Assembly: GCA_902598595.1 (NCBI GenBank)
Contig: CACKCD010000001.1
Coordinates: forward strand, 1-60,296
Length of the DNA: 60,296 nucleotides
From: an uncultured Pelagibacteraceae bacterium
Lineage (GTDB): Bacteria; Pseudomonadota; Alphaproteobacteria; Pelagibacterales; Pelagibacteraceae
Direction: 5' to 3'
The translations under genes and the position numbers were made by a program. This document shows positions 29,817 through 42,380 of the stretch, in pieces. Within the stretch, counting starts at the first letter, position 1. Each line of letters begins with the position of its first letter. Under the pieces are notes generated by a model. It was not told the origin of the DNA, did not search any database, and was given only the letters and a program-made list of their open reading frames with translations.

Positions 29817-30884
29817 ATGACAAAATATTACACTAGAGCGTGTAATTTTTATTATGGAACTAACGCAAAATTATTAATCAAACAAAAATTAGCTTTACCT
29901 TTGTGTGGCAATAAAAATATCGCTTTTGATAAGGTAGAGATTTTTTCAAGAAATAACAAAAAAGTTTTATCAAAAACTATTAAAATTAATCAAATTAACA
30001 ACTTGGGTATTTCCTCTAAAAAGAAAGTTAAAGAAGATCTAAGAAAAATAGTTTTAAAAAGAAAAAATTTTTTAAATAATATAAATTTTTCTGAGCCCTC
30101 AATCATGGGAATCTTAAACTTAACTCCAGATAGTTTCTCTGATGGAGGTAAGTTTAATAAAAAGGAAAAGGCCCAAAAACATATCGATAAAATGATCAAA
30201 GGTGGAGCAAAAATTATTGATGTTGGAGGTGAGTCTACTAGACCTGGTTCAAAAACAGTCTCTATTAAAGAAGAGTGGAAAAGAGTCAAAAATACTATGA
30301 AAAACTTTAAGAGAAGATATAAAAAAACATGTTTGTCTATAGATACAAGGAAATCAGATATAATGATTAAAGCAATAAAACTCAAAGTAGATTTGATTAA
30401 TGACGTTTCAGGTTTTACTTTTGAAAAACAAACTTTATCAAAATTAAAAAAATATAATATTGCTCAAGTTCTACATCATATGCAAGGAACCCCGAATACA
30501 ATGCAAAAGAATCCAAAATATAAGAATGTTTTGTTAGATATTTATGATTTTTTTGATAAAGGGGTAAAAAAGATTAAAAATAAAAAAGTAATTATAGACC
30601 CGGGTATCGGATTTGGTAAAAATTTGAAACATAATTTGACTTTAATTTCTAAGATATCTTTGTTTCATAGTCTTGGATTTCCTATCTTGGTTGGAACTTC
30701 AAGGAAGAGATTTATCAGTCAAATCTCTGGTGATTATGATAGCAAGGAGAGAATAGGAGGAACTATTGCTTCAGTATTATTTTTGTTATCTCAAGGAGTA
30801 CAGATTTTTAGAGTTCATGATGTTAATGAAGTTAAACAAGGTATTTTAGTCTTTGAAAAAATTTTATCAAATTTTAAAAATTAA
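29817..30884 (+). CDS. folP: Dihydropteroate synthase with N-terminal extension
   Basis: MGILNLTPDSFSDGG, GGESTRPG, DPGIGFGK, GTSRKRF and FRVHDV. Confidence 0.96.
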   Translation: MTKYYTRACNFYYGTNAKLLIKQKLALPLCGNKNIAFDKVEIFSRNNKKVLSKTIKINQINNLGISSKKKVKEDLRKIVLKRKNFLNNINFSEPSIMGILNLTPDSFSDGGKFNKKEKAQKHIDKMIKGGAKIIDVGGESTRPGSKTVSIKEEWKRVKNTMKNFKRRYKKTCLSIDTRKSDIMIKAIKLKVDLINDVSGFTFEKQTLSKLKKYNIAQVLHHMQGTPNTMQKNPKYKNVLLDIYDFFDKGVKKIKNKKVIIDPGIGFGKNLKHNLTLISKISLFHSLGFPILVGTSRKRFISQISGDYDSKERIGGTIASVLFLLSQGVQIFRVHDVNEVKQGILVFEKILSNFKN

Positions 30885-32214
30885 TGAAAAATAAATATTT
30901 TGGAACTGATGGAATTCGAGGAACTGTAAATCAAGGTAATATTACCGGTGAAAAGTTTTTTAAATTTGGTTTAGCTTCAGGAACATATTTTAAGAATCAA
31001 AAAAAATCTAAACAAATTGCTATTATAGCTAAAGATACAAGACTATCAGGATATACTTTAGAACCAGCCTTAGTATCAGGTTTAGTATCAGGAGGAATGC
31101 ATGTTTTTACATTAGGGCCTTTGCCAACAAATGGACTTGCAATGTTAACAAAATCTATGAAAGCTAATATGGGTATTATGATCACAGCATCTCATAATCC
31201 TTATCATGATAATGGTCTTAAGTTGTTTGGACCAGATGGCATGAAATTATCAGACCAGATAGAAAAAAAAATTGAGAAACTAATTGATGCAAGAAACACA
31301 AAACAATTAACAAATCCTAAATTATTAGGAAGGGTAAAACGATTAGAAGATGGAAACGACAAATACATCAAAATTTTAAGAAAAAATTTTCCTAAAAATT
31401 TTCATTTAAGAGGCACAAAAATAGTTTTAGACTGCGCAAATGGGGCCGGATATAAAGCCGCTCCTAGATTACTTAAAGATCTTGGAGCAAAAGTCTTTTC
31501 CATTGGTGTAAAACCTAATGGGTTAAATATTAATGATAAGTGCGGATCTACTTATCCATATAAGATCTGTTCAGCAGTAAAGAGATTTAAAGCACATGTG
31601 GGAATATCATTTGATGGAGATGCTGATAGAATTATTATGTGCGATGAAAAAGGCAAGATTATAAATGGGGATCAAATTATCGCTATGCTTGCTAGAAGAT
31701 GGAGATCAAAGAAAATTTTAAAAGGAGGAGTTATTGGAACATTAATGTCAAATTATGGATTAGAAGTTTTTTTAAAAGGTGAAAAAATAAAATTTTTTAG
31801 ATCAAAAGTTGGAGATAGATATGTAAAAGAAAAAATGAAGAAATTAAACTTTAATTTGGGTGGAGAACAGTCTGGACATATAATTTTAGGAAAATTTGCA
31901 ACTACTGGAGATGGATTAATGGTGGCTTTAGAAGTTTTATTTTCTTTAAGGAAAAGAAAACAAGCAAGTAAATTATTAAATGTTTTTAAACCATTACCTC
32001 AAATTTTGGAAAATATTTTGGTTAAAGATAAAGATATAATAAACAGGACTAAATGCAAAAATGCAATTAAAAAAGCTAGCAAGCTTATGGGTTACAATGG
32101 AAGAGTTTTAGTTAGAAAATCTGGGACTGAGCCAAAAATTAGAATTATGGCTGAGTCACATGACAAGAGTTTAATTTTAAAATGTATGAAGATAATTAAA
32201 CGATCAATAAAAAA

Positions 32215-32218
<4 letters not shown>
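30884..32218 (+). CDS. glmM: Phosphoglucosamine mutase
   Basis: FGTDGIRG, TASHNP, DGDADR and GGEQSGH. Confidence 0.96.
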
Positions 32219-35212
<2,994 letters not shown>

Positions 35213-35242
35213 ATTTTTGATTTATATATTAAAATTTATTTT

Positions 35243-36223
35243 TCAACCAGAGAGATTATTTAATAATTCCAACAATTTTTTGAAGTCATTAGGCAATTCT
35301 GACTCAAACCTAACCCATTTATTTTTGGAAGGATGAAGAAAACCTAAAGTTTTTGCATGAAGAGCTTGACCGCTAAGAGCAGAAAGTTTTTTTAAAAAAT
35401 CCTCATTTATTTTTTTAAATTTTATATTTGCTTTTCCATATTGATTATCACCTAGTAAAGAAGTGCCTTTATATTTCATATGTACCCTTATCTGGTGAGT
35501 TCTTCCAGTTTCCAATTCACATTCAATTAAACTAATTTTTGGAATGTCTTTTATATTAAACACTCTAATTGTTTTATAATTCGTAATTGCTTTTTTCCCA
35601 TTAAAATCACTAACCATCATGAGCTGTCTATTTTTTTTATTTCTAGCAATTAATGTTTCTATACGACCTTGCAGTGGTCTTATAACCCCCCAAACTAAGC
35701 TCAAATATTTTCTTTTAATAGAATGTTCACTAAATTGCTTTCCAAGATTTGAGTGAGATAAATTATTTTTTGCAATTACTAATAAGCCACTAGTTTCTTT
35801 ATCTATTCTATGGACTATTCCTGGTCTTAATTCGCCATTAATATTAGATAATTCATTTTTATACTTATAAACTAGCGCATTAGCTAAAGTATTTTTGTAA
35901 TTACCAGCACCTGGATGAACAACCATTCCTTTTGGCTTATTTATAATCAAAATATCTTTATCCTCAAAACGAATATCTAATTTAATTTTGTTAGGCAACA
36001 ATTTGTCTGACCTTTTAATTATTAATTCAAATATTACTGTATCATTGGCCTTAACTTTTTTAGAAGGAGAATCAGTTATTTTTTTATTGATTTTTACATT
36101 TTTAGACTCAATGGTTTTTTTAATATTTGATCTCGTCAAATAGTCTATTTGTTCTGATAAAAAAACATCAAGTCTTTTACCATTATCTTTTTTTCTTACT
36201 AAGAATTTTATTGAGTTATTCAT
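35243..36223 (-). CDS. rluD: 23S rRNA pseudouridine synthase (RluA family)
   Basis: S4 domain, HRIDKETSG and TGRTHQIRVH; lies upstream of rpoH. Confidence 0.92.
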   Translation of the reverse strand: MNNSIKFLVRKKDNGKRLDVFLSEQIDYLTRSNIKKTIESKNVKINKKITDSPSKKVKANDTVIFELIIKRSDKLLPNKIKLDIRFEDKDILIINKPKGMVVHPGAGNYKNTLANALVYKYKNELSNINGELRPGIVHRIDKETSGLLVIAKNNLSHSNLGKQFSEHSIKRKYLSLVWGVIRPLQGRIETLIARNKKNRQLMMVSDFNGKKAITNYKTIRVFNIKDIPKISLIECELETGRTHQIRVHMKYKGTSLLGDNQYGKANIKFKKINEDFLKKLSALSGQALHAKTLGFLHPSKNKWVRFESELPNDFKKLLELLNNLSG

Positions 36224-36248
36224 GATTTAATTTAGATTATAGCCTAAT

Positions 36249-36325
36249 GCGTTCGTAGCTCAACTGGATAGAGCGCCTGACTTCGGATCAGGAGGTTGAG
36301 GGTTCAAATCCTTCCGGGCGCACCA
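36249..36325 (+). tRNA. tRNA-Arg(TCG)
   Basis: GCGTTCG/CGGGCGC acceptor stem, D-loop with A20 (CTGGATAG), anticodon arm CCTGA-CTTCGGA-TCAGG, CCA. Confidence 0.95.
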
Positions 36326-36329
36326 CAAA

Positions 36330-37136
36330 TTAGATAATCCATTTTTTTAATTTATCTCTATTTTGAATAATATATTTTGGAAATGAAGAATCAACTTCTA
36401 TTTTTTTTAAGCTATGATCTCTTTCAAAAATATCTTGTCCTTTTTTAATTTTTGAACTTATCTTATCTTCATTTGCAATATCATCTTTATTAAATTCTCC
36501 ATGAGCAAAAGATTTTATTTTTTTTGATATATTTTCTGGAGTTTGAAGATAAGCAAAATGCCAACCTCCATTTTTAATTATTTGTAAATTTCTTGTTTTA
36601 TCAATTCTCCAAAAAGGGTATTTTTTGAATTTTAAATTTCTTAACCATTGTGGAGATTTAAAATTTTTTTTTAAACAAATTTTTGATCCGTGCCAATTAT
36701 TTTCTTTTAAATTTAGAAAGTTCAATTTGTACATAAACATTTTTTGAGAGAAAACAGCATATTTATTTTTATCATATTCATTCAGTTTATTTAGATCAGG
36801 TATTTCATCTACGTCTGATAAAATAATTAAATCGTTATCATTTGCCTCTTTTAAACCTTTCATAATAGAATTTCTTTGATGTTGCTCCACTAAAGACTCA
36901 CCCCCTTTATGAGGTTTCTTTATATTTTCAGGAGTATCATCTACGATGATATAATTTATTTTATCTTTAAATTTTTTATATTTATTAATATCAAAATGTA
37001 ATTTTTTTTGTTTACCTTGGTGGTTAACAGTAGACTCAACTATTACAAATTTATCTACGAATTCATTTAAAATATTAAACCTCAAATCCGCTATATGATC
37101 TTCATTGAAATATTGGAAACAGTCAAAAATTGCCAT
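36330..37136 (-). CDS. GT17-like glycosyltransferase (beta-1,4-GlcNAc transferase/MGAT3-like)
   Basis: IFDCFQYFNE, FVIVES, QRNSI, LSDVDEIP and GGWHF. Confidence 0.85.
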   Translation of the reverse strand: MAIFDCFQYFNEDHIADLRFNILNEFVDKFVIVESTVNHQGKQKKLHFDINKYKKFKDKINYIIVDDTPENIKKPHKGGESLVEQHQRNSIMKGLKEANDNDLIILSDVDEIPDLNKLNEYDKNKYAVFSQKMFMYKLNFLNLKENNWHGSKICLKKNFKSPQWLRNLKFKKYPFWRIDKTRNLQIIKNGGWHFAYLQTPENISKKIKSFAHGEFNKDDIANEDKISSKIKKGQDIFERDHSLKKIEVDSSFPKYIIQNRDKLKKWII

Positions 37137-37142
37137 ATATTT

Positions 37143-38081
37143 TTAATTAAAGTATCTATCCTCAGTTTTCATATAAAACTCAGAGTGTCCTAAATTCAAA
37201 ATTTTAGAAATTTTTTTTAAAAGCTTTATTTGGCCAGTTATAAGCATTAAACTAATAAATTCTCTCTCTTTTTCGATGATTAAATTTTTTCCAAAGTCTA
37301 TTAAAAAATTTGGAATAAATACCATGTCCATTTCCGCAGGAGTTCTTGTAGTATGAGATCCTATTTTTTTCCAATCAGAGACTATATATCCTAATTTATA
37401 CAAAAGATCAGTTACTGCTGTCCAGGCAGGTTCTTTTTTGTACATAGGAAATATTTGAACTTCACATTTTATGATTAGAGGTCTGTAATTTTCTAAACCT
37501 TTTAAAATTTCTAATTCAGCTCCTTGGGTATCAATCTTTAAATAATCCAATGAATTTATATTTATTTCTTTTAGGCTTGAAGACAAAGTATCACATTCAA
37601 CCATTTCAGTTTTACTTACATCAAACAGATGAAAATCTTTTTCTTTAAAACCATAAATTGTTAAAGATTTTTTATCAGGCTCATACATCGAAGAACTTTG
37701 AGGTCTTTTGTTTAGAATATAAAGTTTTCTTTTACCCTTAGAACTCCAAAGTCCTTTATTAATAGTATGTTTGCTCTCTTTACCTTTTAAAGAATTTTTT
37801 AATGGATCAATCAATATAGATTCAAAGTATTTATTATATTTTTCTGGAAAAAATTTATCTGAATTAAACCCTCCTTGAGCTCCTACATCTAAACCAATTA
37901 ATTTTTTATCTTTAAGCAATATTTCAATATTTTTTTGAAAATTATAAGCGTTGTTGGCATTTATCTTTTTATCATTAAGAAAATTTACTGTTCTTGTATT
38001 AGCTTTTAGCAATTCAAGAATTTTATGAAAAAATGGAAGTATTATTTTTGTTACACTTATTCTGATTTTTTTTAAAAACAT
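37143..38081 (-). CDS. FkbM-family methyltransferase
   Basis: LDVGAQGG, DYLKIDTQGAELEILKG and EV..PMY motifs. Confidence 0.88.
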   Translation of the reverse strand: MFLKKIRISVTKIILPFFHKILELLKANTRTVNFLNDKKINANNAYNFQKNIEILLKDKKLIGLDVGAQGGFNSDKFFPEKYNKYFESILIDPLKNSLKGKESKHTINKGLWSSKGKRKLYILNKRPQSSSMYEPDKKSLTIYGFKEKDFHLFDVSKTEMVECDTLSSSLKEININSLDYLKIDTQGAELEILKGLENYRPLIIKCEVQIFPMYKKEPAWTAVTDLLYKLGYIVSDWKKIGSHTTRTPAEMDMVFIPNFLIDFGKNLIIEKEREFISLMLITGQIKLLKKISKILNLGHSEFYMKTEDRYFN

Positions 38082-38090
38082 AAAAAAATT

Positions 38091-38798
38091 TTATTTTTTT
38101 GTAAATGTTGCTATACCAATCTTTTTTCCTTCAATTACAGAAGATGAACAATGTAGATGGCTTCTATCAAAAATTAACATTGATCCAATTTCCCATTCGT
38201 AAATTAGCTCTACTTCTAAACCTTTTAAATTACCTATATTTTCATGATTCAAATATTTTTTATGTATTTCTTTATCAAACGGTTTGTCACCATATAATTT
38301 TAAATGTTCAGATGATCTTTTATTTTGTCCGTAACTTAGGTTTTTTTTCTTCAGTTCTTCTGGGTCCTGGGTAAAATTAGTTGATCCTTCATAAAATCTG
38401 TTTTTAAAAATGACTGTACTCCCAACAGGTGTTAAAGGGATCAAGCTTTGTTTATATACTTTACTTTTTGCTTCAAACCCTGCATCTACGTGTAAACCTA
38501 TTGGAGCATAACTTTCTTGTATTAACCCATATATTTCTTTGCCATTTTCATCCAGAAGATTGTCCATTTTAAAATCACCAATTTCTTTTTGTAGTCTTTC
38601 ACAAAACAATTTTTCTAATTTTTTGTTAAATCCTTGTAGCCATCTTTTTTTTATAACGTTTTGTTTTTTGTTGTGAACTGTGGTTGGAAGATCATTGTAT
38701 AATTTTAAAAATTCTTCAATTTCCTCTTTACTGTATAAGTTTTTTATAACTTTAGGAGGTGACTCAAACTTCTTTATTTCTTCAATTTTTTTATGCAT
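38091..38798 (-). CDS. Hypothetical protein, probable 2OG-Fe(II) oxygenase/cupin fold
   Basis: GLHVDAG (HxD), LIPL and distal IFDRSHLHCS...K. Confidence 0.6.
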   Translation of the reverse strand: MHKKIEEIKKFESPPKVIKNLYSKEEIEEFLKLYNDLPTTVHNKKQNVIKKRWLQGFNKKLEKLFCERLQKEIGDFKMDNLLDENGKEIYGLIQESYAPIGLHVDAGFEAKSKVYKQSLIPLTPVGSTVIFKNRFYEGSTNFTQDPEELKKKNLSYGQNKRSSEHLKLYGDKPFDKEIHKKYLNHENIGNLKGLEVELIYEWEIGSMLIFDRSHLHCSSSVIEGKKIGIATFTKK

Positions 38799-38804
38799 TA
38801 AATA

Positions 38805-39596
38805 TCATTCTCCCATGTTAATTAATGTTCCTCTTTTCTTGGCTCCTAAATAAGAGGAATAGAAAATTATAACACCTAAAACAAAATAAACTATAGATAT
38901 AGATATTGATTTAATTATGTCGAAATAATTAACGACATTATTTAATAGGATATTTCTCATTTCTTCAAAAATATGAACCAGCGGAAGACCTTTTGCTATA
39001 ATTTGTAGAGAATCGGGTAAAATTTCTATTGGATAATATATGCACCCTAAAGGAGCTAAAAAAAACAAACTTGCCCACGCAATATTTTCAAATGAAGGAC
39101 CAAATCTTAATAATCCTGATGTCACTAAAAGTCCTAAAGTAACACCAAATAGATATAATGGTAATAACAAGAATAATAGTGGTATACCAAGTTTAAAAAC
39201 TGAAACACCAAAAAGGGGAATTGCTAAAATTGCGGCAGGAATTAATCCAATAAGGGCTCTTAAAATTGCTGTTAACGTAAGTGAAGTAATGATTTCACTT
39301 ATTTTAATTGGCGCTATAAACAAATTCGTAAAATTTCTACTCCAAATTTCTTCCAAAAACATCATATTAAAACTTATACTAACTCTAAATAGGAAGTCAT
39401 ATAAAATTGCAGCGGTCAAAATAATACCGACTGCGTTGCTGTAATAATCAGAACTTAAAGTAAAAAATTTAGATATGAAACCCCAAAGAAAAATCTGTAC
39501 AGTCGGCCAATAAATTAAATCTATAATTCTCGGGAAAGAGTTGCTTATTAAATAAATATGCCTAAGTCCTAAAGCATAAATCTTATTGAAGTTCAT
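38805..39596 (-). CDS. ABC-2 type exporter permease
   Basis: About 6 TM helices; EEIWSRN..NLF.AP and YYPIEILP. Confidence 0.9.
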   Translation of the reverse strand: MNFNKIYALGLRHIYLISNSFPRIIDLIYWPTVQIFLWGFISKFFTLSSDYYSNAVGIILTAAILYDFLFRVSISFNMMFLEEIWSRNFTNLFIAPIKISEIITSLTLTAILRALIGLIPAAILAIPLFGVSVFKLGIPLLFLLLPLYLFGVTLGLLVTSGLLRFGPSFENIAWASLFFLAPLGCIYYPIEILPDSLQIIAKGLPLVHIFEEMRNILLNNVVNYFDIIKSISISIVYFVLGVIIFYSSYLGAKKRGTLINMGE

Positions 39597-40317
39597 CTTT
39601 ACCTCTGGCTAGTTTAAGAAAAGTTTCTTCAAGATTATTTCTTCCATGTTTTTTTATTATTTCTTTACAAGTTCCTCTATCAATGATTTTTCCTTTCTTC
39701 ATCATTATTACACTGTCACAAAGTCTCTCAACCTCATTCATATTATGGGAAGCAAGAAGTATAGTAACTTGGTGTTTTGATCTATATTCTTGAATATAAC
39801 CTCTTACAAAATCGCCAATATCAGGATCTAGACTTGCAGTTGGTTCATCTAAAAATAAAATTTCTGGTTTATTAATCAATGATTTAGCTAAGGATACTCT
39901 ATTTTTTTGTCCTGAGGATAATTCACCAGTTTTTCTTTCAAAAAAATTTTTAATATCTAAATCTTCTGATATTTCTATTATTCTTTCATTCAAGTTTTTA
40001 ACTCCATATAATCTTCCATACACTTCTAAATTTTGTTTTACTGTTAGTTTTTTTGGTAGTTCAATATATGGAGAACAAAAATTTATTCTAGCCAATATGT
40101 CATCTCTCTTTAAAGATTTTAAATTTTTATTATCTATAATTATTTCGCCTTCAGAAGGTTTAATTAAACCTAACAACATACCGATAGATGTAGTTTTTCC
40201 GCATCCATTTGGTCCCAATAAACCAACAGTTTTATTTTTCTCGATTTGAAAATTAATTTTGTCTACTGCTAAATTTTTTTTGAATACTTTAGAAAGATTT
40301 TTAACTTGAATAAACAT
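39583..40317 (-). CDS. ABC exporter ATP-binding protein
   Basis: GPNGCGKTT, LSSGQ and FLDEPTASLDP. Confidence 0.95.
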   Translation of the reverse strand: MFIQVKNLSKVFKKNLAVDKINFQIEKNKTVGLLGPNGCGKTTSIGMLLGLIKPSEGEIIIDNKNLKSLKRDDILARINFCSPYIELPKKLTVKQNLEVYGRLYGVKNLNERIIEISEDLDIKNFFERKTGELSSGQKNRVSLAKSLINKPEILFLDEPTASLDPDIGDFVRGYIQEYRSKHQVTILLASHNMNEVERLCDSVIMMKKGKIIDRGTCKEIIKKHGRNNLEETFLKLARGKDELQ

Positions 40318-41265
40318 TTAATTTGCAGCTTTTTTTAGTCGGTCATTTATTGCTATACCTGGTCCTAGGTTTGGTATTTTAACAACATAAATCTTTTTAA
40401 ATCCTTGTTTTTTTATTTTTCTGAAAGTTTTGTATAAATTAGATGCAGCTTCTTTCAAGTCTGATTTTTTACTCAGGTTAAAACAATTTTTATTATTCTT
40501 GTATTTATTACCTAAAGTTATAAATGCATGTTTTTTATTGAAGTTTTTTTGATTTAAAAATACAGGAATACCTGGAGAATAATGTTTTTTGAGCATACCA
40601 GGAGATTTAATCTTTAATTTTTTTTTTGTTATACTTATCTTCAAAACTTTATTGATTATTTCAGGTCCGATAATTCCAGGTCTAAGAATTTTAGGATTTG
40701 AGGTTAAGTCTATTACAGTGGACTCTATCCCAATCTTTGACTTACCCCCATTGATGATTAGTTTAATTTTTTTTTTAAATTCATCTGCTACGTCCCAAGC
40801 ATTAACCGGACTTATACTCATAGATAAATTAGCGCTAGGCATAGCTAAAGGAAAATTAATTCTTTCTAAAATTGATTTCACTATACGATGACTTGGAAAT
40901 CTTATGGCTACAGTTCCTAAGCCTGCTGTAACAGATGATTTTATTTTTGATTTCTTTTTTCTTTTTAAAACAAATGTAATCGGACCAGGACAAAATTTTT
41001 TATATAATTTAAAAAAATTGTCATTAAATATCACATCATTTTCAGCTGCTTTGTTGTTAGAGTAATGAACTATTAATGGATTAAATTTTGGTCTTTTTTT
41101 TAGTTTATAAATTTTATTTACTGATTTTTTTGAATATGCATTTCCGGCTAATCCATAAACTGTTTCCGTCGGCAATCCCACTACATTTCCTTTTTTTAAA
41201 CTAGTGACAGATTTCTCTAGTGTTTTTTTGTTAAAAGAAAATATATTTGAATAGATATTTTTCAT
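40318..41265 (-). CDS. tsaC: Threonylcarbamoyl-AMP synthase (Sua5)
   Basis: PTETVYGL, KKRPKFNPLIVH, PSAN and SPGMLKKHYSP; ATG at 41265 preferred. Confidence 0.94.
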   Translation of the reverse strand: MKNIYSNIFSFNKKTLEKSVTSLKKGNVVGLPTETVYGLAGNAYSKKSVNKIYKLKKRPKFNPLIVHYSNNKAAENDVIFNDNFFKLYKKFCPGPITFVLKRKKKSKIKSSVTAGLGTVAIRFPSHRIVKSILERINFPLAMPSANLSMSISPVNAWDVADEFKKKIKLIINGGKSKIGIESTVIDLTSNPKILRPGIIGPEIINKVLKISITKKKLKIKSPGMLKKHYSPGIPVFLNQKNFNKKHAFITLGNKYKNNKNCFNLSKKSDLKEAASNLYKTFRKIKKQGFKKIYVVKIPNLGPGIAINDRLKKAAN

Positions 41266-41286
41266 AATGTTATTATTATACAACTA

Positions 41287-41508
41287 ATGAAAAACGAAAA
41301 TATTCCAGCTGACGTTAAAAGTAAATCATTAAAAGAAGCAAGAGAAGAAATTAATGATATTTTAAATAAACTTGAGAACAAAGATACAGATTTAGGAGGT
41401 TCAATCGAAGATTATAAAAGACTAATTCAGTTAAATAATCATATTGACGCATTATTTAAAAAGAAAATTAAAGAAATTTCCTCAATTACAAAAGAAATAA
41501 AAAAATGA
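41287..41508 (+). CDS. xseB: Exodeoxyribonuclease VII small subunit
   Basis: Helical 73-aa protein; xseB-ispA-dxs synteny. Confidence 0.8.
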   Translation: MKNENIPADVKSKSLKEAREEINDILNKLENKDTDLGGSIEDYKRLIQLNNHIDALFKKKIKEISSITKEIKK

Positions 41509-42380
41509 TTAGAAATAGATTAATTATAAACGCAAAAAAAATTGACAAGTTTCTGAACAATTATCTAAAGAAACAAGGCAAATCTTTGCTAATTAATCCC
41601 ATGAAGTATGGAGTTATATCTGGGGGAAAAAAAATAAGATCTACTATTATATTAAGTGCTGGCAAAATATTTAATTTAGATCAAAAAAAATTGATTAACG
41701 TATGTGCCTCTGTGGAATGTATTCATTCCTATTCTTTAATACATGATGACCTTCCGTGCATGGATAATGACTCAACGAGAAGAGGTAAGCCATCAACACA
41801 TATTAAATTTGGAGAAGCATCAGCCGTATTAGCAGGTAATTCTCTGCTAACTCTTGCGTTTGAGATAATAGCTGACAAAAATTATATTATAGATCCAAAA
41901 TCTAAAAACGAAATTATAAAATCATTGGCGTTTTGTGCTGGACACACCGGAATAGCAGGTGGTCAGGAACTTGATCTTAAATTTGAGAATAAGAAAAAAA
42001 GTTTAAATCAAATTATAGAAATGCAAAAGAAAAAAACAGGCAAACTATTTAGTTTTTGTTTTTATGCAGTCGGAGTGTTAGCAAAAAAAAACATCAAGGA
42101 AAAAAAATTCTTAAGTTCTTTAGGCGAAGAAATAGGACTCTTATTTCAACTTGCAGATGATTTTTTAGATGTAAAAGGATCAAAAAAATTAGTTGGTAAA
42201 CCTATAAAGAAAGATGATAAAAAAGGAAAATCAACGTTAATAAATTTAATAGGTTATGAAAAAGCAAATAACTACGCAAATAATTTAAAGAAAAATATAT
42301 TGCTTAAATTAAAAAAACATGGAAAAAAAGCAAATAACTTGTCAGATGTTATAGAATTTATTTTAAACAGAAATTTTTAA
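41505..42380 (+). CDS. ispA: Farnesyl diphosphate synthase
   Basis: [19 protein letters not shown] and FQLADDFLD. Confidence 0.94.
   Translation: MIRNRLIINAKKIDKFLNNYLKKQGKSLLINPMKYGVISGGKKIRSTIILSAGKIFNLDQKKLINVCASVECIHSYSLIHDDLPCMDNDSTRRGKPSTHIKFGEASAVLAGNSLLTLAFEIIADKNYIIDPKSKNEIIKSLAFCAGHTGIAGGQELDLKFENKKKSLNQIIEMQKKKTGKLFSFCFYAVGVLAKKNIKEKKFLSSLGEEIGLLFQLADDFLDVKGSKKLVGKPIKKDDKKGKSTLINLIGYEKANNYANNLKKNILLKLKKHGKKANNLSDVIEFILNRNF

Noticed and set aside
29817-30090. About 90-aa N-terminal extension on FolP
   Set aside because: Extensions of this kind occur in other alphaproteobacterial FolP proteins, and no second domain is recognisable
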